From the NCBI GenBank assembly GCA_973895155.1, contig OZ316899.1, positions 13,023,934 to 13,087,933 on the forward strand: a stretch of 64,000 nt of DNA. Reading direction: 5' to 3'. This document shows, piece by piece, positions 13,430 through 26,213 of the stretch. The stretch's first letter is position 1. Every line of letters starts with the position of its first letter. Origin of the DNA: Marsupella aquatica. Its lineage: Eukaryota; Plantae; Marchantiophyta. The notes below the pieces were generated by a model. The model was not told where the DNA came from and searched no databases. It saw nothing but the letters and a program-made list of their open reading frames with translations. The position numbers and the translations under genes are program-made.

Positions 13430-16326
13430 TGTGACGCCGCCAACACGGCTACCTTTGGCCAATGTGGCAGTGGCCAAACTGACCATGCATCGCATGGGGG
13501 AGAATGTCCATAAAAACATTCTCCATCCAAAGCATGCATGTTACCTCAAGACCCAGGGGTTCAAACATCTCGCTGCCCTCCCTTGGAACACTTGCAGGTA
13601 CTACGGGCAAGACATGACGAAGTTCATCCAGAACTTTGATGAAGCCCGTCAACAGACCCGTGCGCACGGACGAGTGATGTCCCTGAACAAAGCACGGCTT
13701 AAACTCATCTTTGGCCTACCCTAGTGAGACAAGCGGGTAGAATTGTGGGCGCCAGGGGGCAAGGGAGCCAAGTACCAGTCCTCTAGCTTCCCAGCCGAGG
13801 GTTTGGTGGACAACGGCTTCCTGATGAGGACATGCCTCATCCCCAAGATTGTGGAGTGGCTGGAGTTTCAACGGTACGCCCTCCACATGATGGAGCCGCG
13901 GGGCAAGATATCCGCCACCCAGGTGATCCAGGACAAGAACTACCAGCCTAGAAAGTGGGCTTTGTTCTTCGTCAAGAAGTTCCACGGGACAAAGGAAGAC
14001 CTTGTACCTCGGGGGGAAGGCATACCTTGCAAGCCACATCAAGATCATCATCAAGTGGTACGCCCATTTTGATTGATGAACCCTTCCGCCACTCAATGAG
14101 CCTGAACTCACCCCGACCCGGTGGGTCTTTCCAACGCAGGAAAGGCGACCGCAGCCCAAATCCCGGAGCCCAGCACCCGTGGTGCCTGCCTCCACTCCTA
14201 CCCCAAAAATCACTACTGAAGCTCCTTCCCCCGTACCAGACGCAGCTGTCATCACAACCCTGGATGCAATCAACCAGGCCCGCACAGTCATTGAGGTTGG
14301 CCCGGTTGAGGCTGGCCCCAAGCCCAAACCCGAGGCCGTAACCCTAGAGAAAGCCGCGGTACCCTCCGCACCTGTCCAAGTGGATCCCCTTGCTGGACAC
14401 CCGTCCCTGTCTACCCTTACTACCCCGGGGCTGGACGTAACAACCCCGGTCCTTTCTCGGGTGGAGGTCTGTCCTTGCCCGAACCCAAGTGGTCACAGCT
14501 TGGTGAACCCGAAACTCTTTGCACCAGGCACGTATTTGAATGGGTTGTTGGGCGACTTCTCCCAACAGATTAGTCGGGAAATGGGGGAGTTCATGGCCCG
14601 CAAGGTGGCCTACTTCTTCAGCCAGGAGCTGGTGGTGGCGGTGAAAGCAAGACGGGCACAAGCTGAAGCCACAACAAAGATTGAGCGGTACCGGGTTGAA
14701 ACAGCCCAACTCTTAGACAAAGCTTCATGTCAAGATATCGAGTTACAACTTCTCTGGCCTCAGCTTACGACCGCCCTCGCCCAGGTTGCCGACACCAAAG
14801 CCAAGTTAACGTTGGCCAAGCAAGCCGGAGCCAAAAAGGATGCCAAAATCTCACAGCTCCGGGCCCAGATTGACAGTTTGAAAGGGCAAGTCGTCATCTG
14901 GCAGAAGGACATAGAGGAGGCCGACGCTCGGGCTCAACGGGATACAGCCAAAGTGGATGCCCTAAAAGTGGAGGTGGCACGGCTTCAAAAGGAAGCCACT
15001 AACCAGGACCAACTAGTGGCGCAGCTGATGAGCAACGCCCAACAGTTGGAAGAGGCATGCCAGGAGGCAACAGAGGAGACAGACGCGATGAAGCCGGGAG
15101 AACGAGTCTCTCCTAGACCAAGTCCAGATTCTCAAGCAGGACGCCGATCGGTTGAGGAAGCAACGGGACGGCCGCTCCAAGTCCCACTCGGGAGGGTCTG
15201 GCAAATGTGCCAGACTAATGGTGGCACGACGGATTTAGAATAGCGTAGGTTTAGCCACGGAAATTGGACACTTCCGACAAGCACCAAAACTAGTTAGCGG
15301 CGCTGCCCTAGGCCCTCACTTTGTGTAAAAGAAGTGGGACCCCTGCAATTGGGCCCTTTTCCTGTTTACCCCTTGTTATTTTCATTTTACTATTAAAAGT
15401 TCCCTTATTACCGGTAATAATTATAATTATTAGTTCAAAATTAATAAAAAGTACCCTTCAAGCATTTGCACGTCCTCCACGTATTAGTTAAGACTGAGGG
15501 CCCAGGGCAGCGCTCTCAACCTTTATTTAGCGTAGCATCTTAGAGTAAAGACAAGTCATTTTGCGGCCTGGCAGTTAGTTGAAATTAGCATAGGTTAGAA
15601 TTTGAGCACATGACCGTTCCTGGCCATGGCTCTTAGTTAGTATTTAGTGCACCCCCGGTAAAGGCAAGGGGGATTTTAGGTTCAAAAATGGGTATCCGCA
15701 GGATGTGCGGGGAGTCCCGGACTTCATGAATAAGAGAGCCCCAAGGATTGAGGGTACAACTAAGCTTGTTGGGAAAGTGCAGAGCTGAGCTCCGTTGTAG
15801 TGTACGCTTGTCTGCCGTTGGGCCTGGTTATTTAGAAGAAGTCAAGTCAATTGTGTGTATGTGCATAACGGATTCTGAAGTAAAGTCTTTTCCCCACTAT
15901 TTCCTTCATGTAAATCAAGATTGTATGTTGTGAATACTGTTGCAATTGTAAATCTTGTATGCGGGTAGAGAATGCTTGGCCAAATGCGCTATACAAGCTG
16001 CTTACGGGGTGTTGGTTGCGGATAGCAGTTGCAAGCTTAGGTTAGATACTCGTGTTATCGGATCCAGATTGGAGGCGGACAGCACAAAGGCTTAGAAGTC
16101 ATTAAGCCGGGGTCAATCCAACTATCAACGTAAGGTACATTCCGGTGGTGGAATACAAAGTATACCTATGATGCGTGTAAGAATATGGTTGGGCACATTT
16201 AGGGGAGTCGAGTTAGGGGAATACAGTACCGTTTGCACATCCCTCCTTGCCCAAAACCTCAATATTAACGGAGTTTATGGCCGCCTAAGCCAAAATCTGA
16301 TTAAGGATGAATCTTTTGGCGTGACA
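13430..16326 (+). repeat. 5' LTR of copy 2 (internal deletion ~1.26 kb; carries accessory ORF remnant ~13450-15243)
   Basis: After ~20 bp it jumps to sequence matching 27461; ends ...ggcgtgaca. Confidence 0.85.
15304..15509. mobile_element. 206-bp MITE-like insertion with 15-bp TIRs and GCGC TSD
   Basis: tgccctaggccctca / tgagggcccagggca (1 mismatch); GCGC on both sides; the sister LTR shows the empty site tagcggcgctatcaac at ~29315. Confidence 0.85.
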
Positions 16327-16338
16327 TTGCCTTTGTTT

Positions 16339-16357
16339 TGGCGCTAGATGGAGGGGG
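16339..16357 (+). other. Candidate primer-binding site
   Basis: TGGCGCTAGATGGAGGGGG about 12 bp after the 5' LTR; TGG start as expected for tRNA CCA pairing; tRNA not identified. Confidence 0.5.
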
Positions 16358-16569
16358 AACTTTGAGTTGAGTTCAGAGTGGAGACATGTGCGTATGAATG
16401 TTGTCACGGGACCCTGGGCCCAGTGAATCATTACCTATTGTGTACAGAGTAGATGCCCGTCACTCATTCTTAGGCAGCGTACCTAAGAAGATTGACAAGC
16501 AAACAAGAGAGTAAGTCAGTAGCGAGCTTGGAATCATCAGATTTGAAGGATTTGCAATCACCTCAACAA

Positions 16570-19500
16570 ATGAATATCCCACCAGGACCATTGAGGTCCG
16601 GTTTGGCAGGCCCAGTCTCAGGCCCGGTGGCACCCCCGCTAGTGCCACCAGCACCTATGGTGGCAGCACCTCCAGTTGCAGCTTGTGCAGCCCCTGCTCC
16701 TCTGTCAATGTCACAACGATCAAGGTTCCATTACCGACCATTCAAAGGTCGTCACGGGGACAATCCGGACGAATGGTTGGATGAATTCAAGGCCACCGCT
16801 AAAGCTAATGGGGAAGATGTCATTAAATTGATAGTTCTTCCAAGAGTAATGCAAGGAGAACCCCGCCCATGGTACAACTTGTTGCAACCCGAAATCACCT
16901 GGCCACATTTCCAAGCAGCATTGCTACAAGAGTTTTGTGCGATCGAAGCAGAGTCACGCTCCTTGTTAAAAATTGGCCATCTTTGCATGGGGAAGAAGGA
17001 GTCCCTGCAAAAGTTCATTCAGAAGTTCTAGATACTTGCAGCCAAGATTTGACCCAGACCGGGCGATGCCCTCCAGCTTACCTAGTTCTTGCATGGGCTT
17101 CCCACCAATATGCAATTCTGGGTTTGGCAGAATAACCCAGCTTCAATGCAAGCAGCCATAGCGTGTGCCAAAACATACAGGGAGTCCACTTATAACTCTC
17201 GACGAAGCCAACGGGCATGACGTAAGAAGAAGTATCAAACTTTCAGCGACACTGATTCCGAGTCAGATAACAAGAAAAAGAAGCGCAAGAAAAAGAAGAA
17301 GCATTGTTCAACTTTGTCCAACTAAAAGACGGGGTCTAGCTCGGATTCAACTTCATCTAGCAGCTCCCCCACAACAAGCTCATCAAGCAGTGACTTGGAG
17401 AGCGAGCCCAGAGGCAGGAAAAAGAAACGGCGCTCTAAGAAAGAGGAGAAAAGCAAGCCCCATGCTCAAAGAGCTGTACCAGATCCAAAGGCCGTTGAAG
17501 CAGATAAATTGAATGAGATCACCAATCGCCTGAAAGCATTGTTGATGCATCTTGTGGAGAAACCCGTGGAGAAGAAGAAGCCACCAAAAACCTGAGCACA
17601 TGCGTGGTGCTCTAAGTGCTTCCAATTGGGGCATGTTGTGCAAGAATGTCTGAGGTGGAATAATCAAGTTCATCAAGTGGAGTTGGATGATGTCGACAGC
17701 CCAGGCCCGGAGCCAGAGTCCACTAAGTACTTCTTCGAGGACCCCACAGACTCCGTGTATCAGATCTCCATGGGAGGTCCCCAAAATTTAGCTAGGAGGA
17801 TAGCATACCTGTACCCTAATAGTGGATGGGCATTGCAAGTCATTGGTAATCCGAGTATTCCTCCAAAACCAGGGATTTGACAATCCCCAGTTTGTTACAA
17901 TTGTGAGAAGCCCGGACACTTTGCAAGAGAATGCACCAAGCAAAGACGGCAAGGAGATGGCAGAGGCATGCCGTTGTGCCAAGTATGTAAGACAGAAGCT
18001 CATTCTACAGCTAATTGCCCACTGGTAATAGCGGCCTAGGCACACGCAGCCCGACCTGCACAAACAGGGCCGGCCCCAAGCAATGCAGTGGTGCAAATGA
18101 TAGATGTGGAGTGGCAAGATGATATGACTGAATGGGTCAACGTGGTTGACGTAATGGAGCACCCTGCCCCTTTCGACAAAGTTGAATGCTACCAAGTCTT
18201 GACCAAGTCTGAACGTAAGCAGGAGAAGCAGGAATAAAAACATTGCAAGAAGCTGGACACCGTACCGGTACGACCCATGGTAGAGATTCCACCCGAAGAA
18301 GATGACAACTACCGCCAAGATGACCCAAATCTATTTTACCCTTGTATTGAAGAATTGGTGAAACAACAATTGGAGGCATACAAAGCACGGGAGTACCAGA
18401 AGGCCATTGATAAGGACCTGAAAGCAGCCAAAGTTGCCCAACGCAAAAAACAAGAGAAGCGGGAGGGCGAGGCAAAGCTGCAACCAACGGAGGAAAAGAA
18501 GGGAGAGTATGACATTCGACAAGATGTGAAGAGTTGCCTAGTCACAGCGACGGTTGGACAACTACTCCAGAATAACCCACAGTACCAGCAACAACTGAGG
18601 CAGCTGCTCACGGGTTGGCGGAGGAGAAGGTACCATGGATTGTAATATGATCTGCAAAGAGTTGGGAGCCCCAAACATCTTGATCAAAATCAAGGGTTGT
18701 ACTATCAAGATGGTCCTCATGGACGGGGGAGTAGGAGTCAACATCATAATGGAGGAGACGGTCCGTAAAATTGGGCTACCTCACATATCAACCCACAGCC
18801 CGCGCTATTCGGCTAGCGAATGGAGAAAGAGCCATGGTCTCCCCAAGAGGACCATGGCTGTACGGAGGCCGTGTGATCACGGATTGGGGAAAGAGAGAGT
18901 TAAGGTTTAGAACACCTGTGTACGAGTATCATGGGCAGTGGACGATTATGAAAGTGAAACTCCTCAAGGCCCTAAGAAATATGATTTGGAAACCTTGGAG
19001 GAAGAAGAACCAATATGATTGAGCTCATTTCATCCCTTTTGGAGGAGGATGTTTTCGGAGTAGAAGCAATTTGGGAGACTCACTTCTTGAATTACCCAAA
19101 GGAAATGTTACATGCAGCCATCACGATTCCATACAGCGCCCCAACAAACAAGCATCAAGTGGCAGTTATTGATATGGAAGACATGGAGGATATGGCTCCG
19201 GCTAAGCAAGGAGCCAAATTGGGCACAACTATTCCAGAGCTGGCTGATTCACAACCCAAAGTTGAAACTTCAAGGTAGAAGCATAAGAAGCGGGTCTCCT
19301 GGGACCCATCCATGTCGCCGCTAGATGAAGAGGCACTCCCAATCCCAAAACCAATCCCCGTTCCTCCAATGTACGGAGGTATCCGGTTAGCCAAACTAGA
19401 TGCTAGTCTGGATCCCGGCTTGCGGGATCAGGTAGAAGTCATACGAAAGGAACATTACCGAAGTACACCACCAGGATGGACAAGTCCTGCCTTTAACTTG

Positions 19501-21816
19501 GGCCATAATTTGAAGGGATATGCGGAGAAATCCATTCAATCATTACTCAAGGAACATGACGACGTGTTCGCTTGGAGCCATCACGGTCTCATCGGCATCT
19601 CCCCTGAGTTGGGAGAACACACAATTGACTTAAACTTGGGAGCTCATGCCGTGCGACAGAGGCAGCGGTGCATGAACCCACGTTACTCCATCCTAGTTAA
19701 TAAAGAGATTGACCACCTCTTAGCTGCGGATATCATCTACCCGGTGATGGCTAGTGATTGGGTATCCCCCATCATCATTGTACCAAAGAAGGGAGGTACG
19801 GGCAAGAAACCCAAGATTTGCATCTGCTAGGACTATCGTAAGTTGAACGATACCACTAGGAAAGATCATTACCCGTTACCATTTACGGACATGGTCTTGG
19901 ATATGGTAGCCCGTAATGAGATCTATACGTTCCTTGATGGGTATTCAGGCTACAACCAAATCTGGATCCGACTATTGGATCAACTTAAGACAATGTTCAC
20001 CACGGAATGGGGGACATTTGCCTTCCGTAGGATGCCGTTTGGGTTATGTAACGCCCTGGCCATGTTCTAGAGACTCATGATGAATATTTTCCATGACTTC
20101 TTACAAGAATTTTGGGATATATTTATTGATGACTTTGCCATATTTGGGACCGTTGCCATGCACCCCGAGCATTTATGATGTACACTGCAACGGTGCAGGG
20201 AAGTTAATTTAAAGTTGCATCCGGCCAAGTGTTTTTTTGGCGTAGAGGAAGAAGTGCTACTCGGGCATCGTGTTTCAAAACGGGGTATAGATGTGGATCA
20301 AGAGAAGGTAGCGGCTTGGATGGCGGTGGTATTCCCGTTGATCAAAAATCCATACGATCATTCCTTGGTTGTATTGGCACTATCGTCGCTTCATCAAGGA
20401 CTTTGCCAAAATTGCACTACCACTAACGGAGATGATGAAGAAGGACGCAGTTATTGAGGAAACACCCCGAAGACGCATAGCCTTTGAGGAACTCAGGTGT
20501 CAACTCATCACAGCACCCATCATGGTAACCCTGGATTGGAATAAAGAATTCCATGTGTACGTTGATGTCTCAGGCTTTTGCATCGGGTCCATTTTGAGCC
20601 AGTTGGATGACGACGGTTGCAATCACCCCATCTATTTTGCTAGCCGTCAGTTGTTTGCAGCCGAGAAAAATTACTCCCCTACGGATTGGGAGGCTCTTGG
20701 AATTATCTATTTGTGCAAGAAGTTTTGACACTATTGGCTCAGATACAAAGTTATTTTCCATACGGATCACGATAGCCTGAAGTATATGGTAAACAAAGCA
20801 GACATCACTAGACGGATAGCCAAATGGGTCTGCTCTTGCAAGAGTTTAATTACAAAGTTTGGGTTTAGCCAGGAAAGGCACACCTTAATGCAGATTTCTT
20901 TTCACGACTGGATGGAGTACCCGTCGATCAGCCTATCAATGATACCTTCCTGGATAGGAGTTGTTCTACATAGGAGAGGGCACGCTCACCTGGTACGGAC
21001 CACTCATTACTTTCCTCCTGACCGGACGCATACTCAACGGGATTAATCAAGAAGCCGCATTAGTGTTTTTACGCAAGGCCGGGCTGTACATGATGATACA
21101 AGGCTACTTGCATAAAGAAGGAGTTAACGAGAGGCTACAACGCTGCCTCAAATACAAGGAGACACTCATCGTGATGCGGGCCTTACACAAGGAAGACGCG
21201 GGCGGCCATTTTGCGGCCATCACCACTGCCCAAAAAATACTGGATTTGGGGTATTGGTGGCCCACACTACACTAGGATGTTCAGCAATTTATTAAGGGAT
21301 GTGATTTGCGCCAACGGGCCGACGCCCCATAGAAGTCACACAACCACCCTCCTACCTCCGTACTTCCGCTTGCTCCATTTGAGAAATGGGGCATCAGTTA
21401 CATTGGGCCATTTACATCGGTCACTTGCTGGCGTCGATGCAGGTACATCCTACTTGCTATTGATTATTCAACCAAGTGGGTTGAAGCCCGAGCTACAATA
21501 AAAGATGATGCAGTCACTAGCGCTAGGTTCCTATATGAACAGATATTTACCCGCTTTGGGCCGCCATGGGAGATAGTGACAGGGGTACGCACTTCATCAA
21601 CAAGACAATGGAACGCCTTACTGAATGCTACCTGGTCAAACACCGCAAGACCACCCCGTACCATCCTAATGCCAACGGACTGACGGAAAGAGCGAACAGG
21701 ATCATTGGAAAGATTCTCAACAAAACTATAGTTGCACACAAGACGGACTAGGATGACAAGCTATACGCCATTGTATACTCATACAACTTGGCCTACAAGA
21801 CTACTACTAGTCATAG
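16570..21816 (+). pseudogene. gag-pol: gag-pol of copy 2, heavily disrupted
   Basis: Colinear with copy 1 peptides (FKGRHGD, VLMDGGVGVN, MPFGLCNA, VYVDVSG, ANGLTERAN). Confidence 0.92.
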
Positions 21817-24800
21817 TGTCACATCGTCAGCCTAGGCCTTAACCCGAGTTTTGGCTTAGACAGGCACATCCTTCGTTAGTATGAGGGTTCGAGCAAGGAG
21901 GGACGCACGGACTGCACCTAACTCCTATAATCTAGCGCTAAGTGCAACTACTGTTACTTACATACACTTCCTAGGTATGATTTGTGTTCCGCCGCCAGAA
22001 CATACCTTAGTCGATAGCGGGATTGACCCCGGCTTACGGGCTTCTAAGCCTTTGTGCTATCCGCCTTTGATCCGGATCCAAAGATATGGGCATTCAACCC
22101 GGACTCGCAGCCACTCCTCCGTGACTTGCACCCCGTGCATGGCTTGGGTAGTGCGCTCGGCCAAGCATTGGCACCCATACACGAGATTCATACATGAACA
22201 CACACACACAAGCATACAATCTCGGTTTACACAAAGGAAATAATGGGAAAGGATTTTACTTCATGAGTTGACATACACTTATACTTGGTTGACCCGATAG
22301 CTCTTGAATGAACAGGTCCAAGGCCGAGGGGCGTACACTACAACAGAGCCTGGCTCCGCACTCGCCCAACGAGCTTAGTCGTACCCCCTCCCCTTGGTAC
22401 TCTTTCACTCACAGAGGTCGGGACTCCCTGCACATACCGCGGATGTCCAACTCTGAGACTAGAAAACCCCCCTGCCTCTATCGAGGGGTGCACTAAATAC
22501 TAAGGGCTGAGGACCGGAGTGGCCTTGTGCCCAAATATTCACTAACTAAGATCCTAACTAAGCTGGCTGTCAGGCCGGAAAATGGCTTGTCTTATTTAGA
22601 AGATTCTAATCTACGCAGGCCAGATAGTATGGCAGCGCCGCTTTAACTAGGGCAGGCGCTTGTCCCTATAGCCTGATTTAGCTACACCTAACTCTATTTT
22701 AATCTTACTCCGCCACTAATGCCTAGCATGCTTGCCAGAGCCGCCCGAGTGGGAGCGACTATCCCGTTGCCTTCTGAGTCTGTTGGCATCCTGCTTGAGT
22801 AGCTGGACCTGGTCCAGCAGAGATTTGTTCTCTCGCTTTGCCGCGTCCATTTCCTTTGTGGCTTCCTGGCATGCCTCCTCCAATTGCTAGGCATTGCTTG
22901 TCAGCTTATCCACCAACTGGGCCTGCTTTGTGGCTTCTCCTTGGAGCCGTGCCACTTCCGCCTTCAGGGCGTCTATCTCGGTTGCATCTCGCTGGGACCG
23001 AGCATCGGCCTCCTCTACATCCTTTTGCCAGTTGACAACTTGCCCCTTCAAACCGTCAATCTGGGTCCGGAGCCGTGCGATCTCGGAGTCTTTTCCGAAC
23101 CCGGCCTGCTCTGCTAAGGTTGCCCGGGCCCTGGCTTCAGCAACCTGATCCTCCATGGCCATTACCTGAGGTTGCAGTTGTTGGAGTTCAGTCTCCAGGG
23201 CCACCACTTTGTCCTTCAGGTAGGCAGACTAAACCCCGTACCGCTCTATTCTTTGCGCCGTCTCAGCCTGCGCATGTGCTACCTTTACAGCCGCAACCAA
23301 CTCCTGGTTGAAGAAGTAGACCACCTTCCATACCATGTATTCCTCGGTATCCCGTGCAATTTGTTGAGAGAAATCTCCCAACAACCCGTTCAGAAACGTG
23401 CCCGGTGCAAAGAGTTTTGGGTGGTCTAGACTATGCCCCTCCAAATTTGGGCAAGGACAGACCCCAGCCCACGCGGGAGTTGGAGTGGAAACGTCCAGCC
23501 CTTGAGGTAAGTCGGTCAAAGGGGCTGGTTCCACTAGGGCTAGGTGGTTCTCTTGCATAGTTGTGGGGGTGGCAGGATCTCCTCGGCCACTGTAGTGTCA
23601 GGTTTGGATCTGGCCTCAGCCGGCCCGACTTCAATTGCGTTGATCTGGTTAATCACGTCCAGGGTCGCGATAACTGCATCTATGGGTACGCTTGGCGAGG
23701 AGATAGCGGCTGCCAGGCTTTGGGCCTTGGGCTGCGGTTGCCTCTCCTGGGCCGGGAATACCCACTTTGATGGGGTCAATTCAGTCTCATTGCTACGGAG
23801 GAGGCTTCGGCGGTCAAAACGGACATACCACTCGATGATGATCTTGATGTGGCTTGCAAAGTACGTCTTTCCGCCAAGGTATAAGGTCTTCCTTCTCCGC
23901 TCCATCTCCTCGTGGAACTTCTTGACAAAGAAGGACGCCCACCTCCTAGGCTGAAAGTTCTCTACTTGTATGACCTGGGCGGCGGATATTTTGCCCCGTG
24001 GTTCCATTATGTGGAGGGCATGTCGCTGGAACTCCAGGCGTTCTGCTACCTCCGGGATGAGGCACGTCCTCATCAAGAATCCGTTGTCCACTGCTCCCTC
24101 GGTCGGGAAGCTAGAGGACTGGTATTTAGCTCCCTTGCCCCTAGGAGCCCGCAACTCTACCCAATTTATTCCTTTAGGTAGGCCAAAAATCATCTTCAGA
24201 CATGCCTCATTGAGACGCATCACTCTCTCGTGCGCTCAGGTTTGTTGGTGGGCCTCGTCAAAGTTTTGAATGAACTCCGTCATATCCTGCCCATAGTACC
24301 TACTTCCATTCCAAGGGAGAGAGGCGAGGTGCTCAAACCCTTGGGTCTTCAGGTAGCATGCATGCTCGGGGTGGAGGATGTTCTTGTGAACATTCTCCCC
24401 CGTGCGATGCATGGTCAGCTTGGCCACTGCGATCGTGGCCAAAGGCAGCCCGGATACAGCTGCGGGTTCTTTTCTCTTCCTACCCTGGGACTGATTCCCG
24501 GGGTGACTAGAAGAGGGGGACATCTCCCCATCCTCCCGGTCAGGTGGCGGTAGTGCTATTGCCGTGAGTATCGGTGCGGGGGCTGCTACAGTCACCGTGT
24601 TATCCCCTTGGGCTTGTTGGAGTGGCGTCGGGTTGCTTGGCGCATGCTGATTTGTACCCCGCGGCCGTCGGTTCAGGGGAGGGTGAGCCTCCTTGTCTTT
24701 GGAGCTAATATTTACCGCATTTACCACGGATCACACCTGGAGAGGTGGTGCGACCGGTGGTGGAGATTGGCTTGGCTGAGGCCAAGGCGGTGTTGGCATA

Positions 24801-25748
24801 GGTACCAATGGATTGGCGCTAGTTGCAGCTGGGGGAGGTGCCATTAGATTTAGCAAGTCCCTGGGGAAGTCAAGTGTTGTTCCCGGTGTCGTTAAGATAG
24901 GAGTCTTGCTTGTTTGGGCAGGGCCGAACTGACAATCTATGGATGCTTGAACCCGGGCGGGGATATGGTCGTAGTGGTGCGGCTGCAAGTCTATCATGCC
25001 CGGGAGATGGTAAACCCTGTCCGGAAGCCATAGGAGCGCTTCCCGGAAACCGACGTACTTCTCATCAACAAAGAAGTACTCGCTGATTTTGTCGACTTGG
25101 CAAAGCTCACTCTGGAATGGGAGGTTGAAATTGTGTTATAGTGATTACGGCTGGCTAAGCGAATGGCTCTCTCGTAACCTCGTTCGGTCTTGTATCGGCG
25201 CGGGTTGACTTCGGCTAAGTGACTTCCCACGGATAGGAATTGCAGCCAAAATCAAAGGGCCAAACTGGACAACATCATGACAGACATCCAGGAGTGACAG
25301 TGGACGACCAAGGATGGACGAAGTGGCTGAGATTGAAGCTGGTGCGCGGAAGGAGTGTGGGTGTAATACGAGAGAATGGCCCTCCTTTTATACTTTGAGA
25401 GCGCATCGTTTGACTGGCCCCTCCTCCCTCCCTATAGGCCAAGCTTTTCACGCTCACAGTGTACTGGCCACTCGCGGGTCTGGTTCAGAGCGTGTCAGCG
25501 GCCGCCTCCAAGAATTTGTTATACGGACCCGAAGCGTCCCCTTACACGCTCGTAACCCGGGAGTACGAATGACGCTCCGCCGCCATCCCGAACGTAAATG
25601 CCCCTTATTAACTAATGATTCCCTAGTCATAAGTACTACCTACTTAGTGTCGTTATGCTAATAACTACGGCCTACGGTGCCCCTAATGCGTGTGCTAAGC
25701 ACGGGCTAGGCCGAATCAATCATTAACCACCATGCTGGCGGCATCACA
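21817..25748 (-). mobile_element. Solo LTR (3932 bp) of the same family, inverted, inside the integrase of copy 2
   Basis: TGT...ACA termini; 5-bp TSD CATAG at 21812-21816 and 25749-25753; integrase sequence resumes seamlessly after it. Confidence 0.95.
22716..25277 (-). pseudogene. LTR-embedded accessory ORF in the solo LTR
   Basis: ORF pieces 24994-25230, 24731-24997, 24236-24727, 23540-24223, 23229-23558 and 22887-23207 are homologous to 5590-8148. Confidence 0.82.
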
Positions 25749-25753
25749 CATAG

Positions 25754-26213
25754 TCCGTACTTCCTCATGTTCAGACAACACTCTAGTTTTGGTCAAGTTT
25801 GAAATCCACACGCCACGAGTGAGTATTCGGGATTGCTTACCCAAAGCCAAAAGTTCTGAAGAACTTTTGGCTTTGGGTAAGCCAGGCATGCAGCAAAGCA
25901 GCACAACAAAGGACTACAAAAAGTAGACATCGTGACAGGGGATCTGGTCCTCCTGTACAATAGCAGATACATGCAATTTCCTGGGAAGCTGCATACTCGC
26001 TAGTTGGGACCTTTCCTTGTCAATCAGATATACCCAAACGGATCCATCAAACTTGCAACGTACGCCGACAATTTACTTCTAACGCGAGTCAGTTACGATC
26101 GTGTGCAAAAGTACCATCATCAAGATGATACCGCCAATAGTGATGTTCACAAGGACGCTTCACAGGTAAGTAGGGAGCTATGTGACGCCGCCAGCACGGC
26201 TGGTAATGAGTAA
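25754..26213 (+). pseudogene. pol: Integrase C-terminus of copy 2
   Basis: Continues the integrase after the TSD; LGPFLVNQIYPNGS. Confidence 0.88.
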
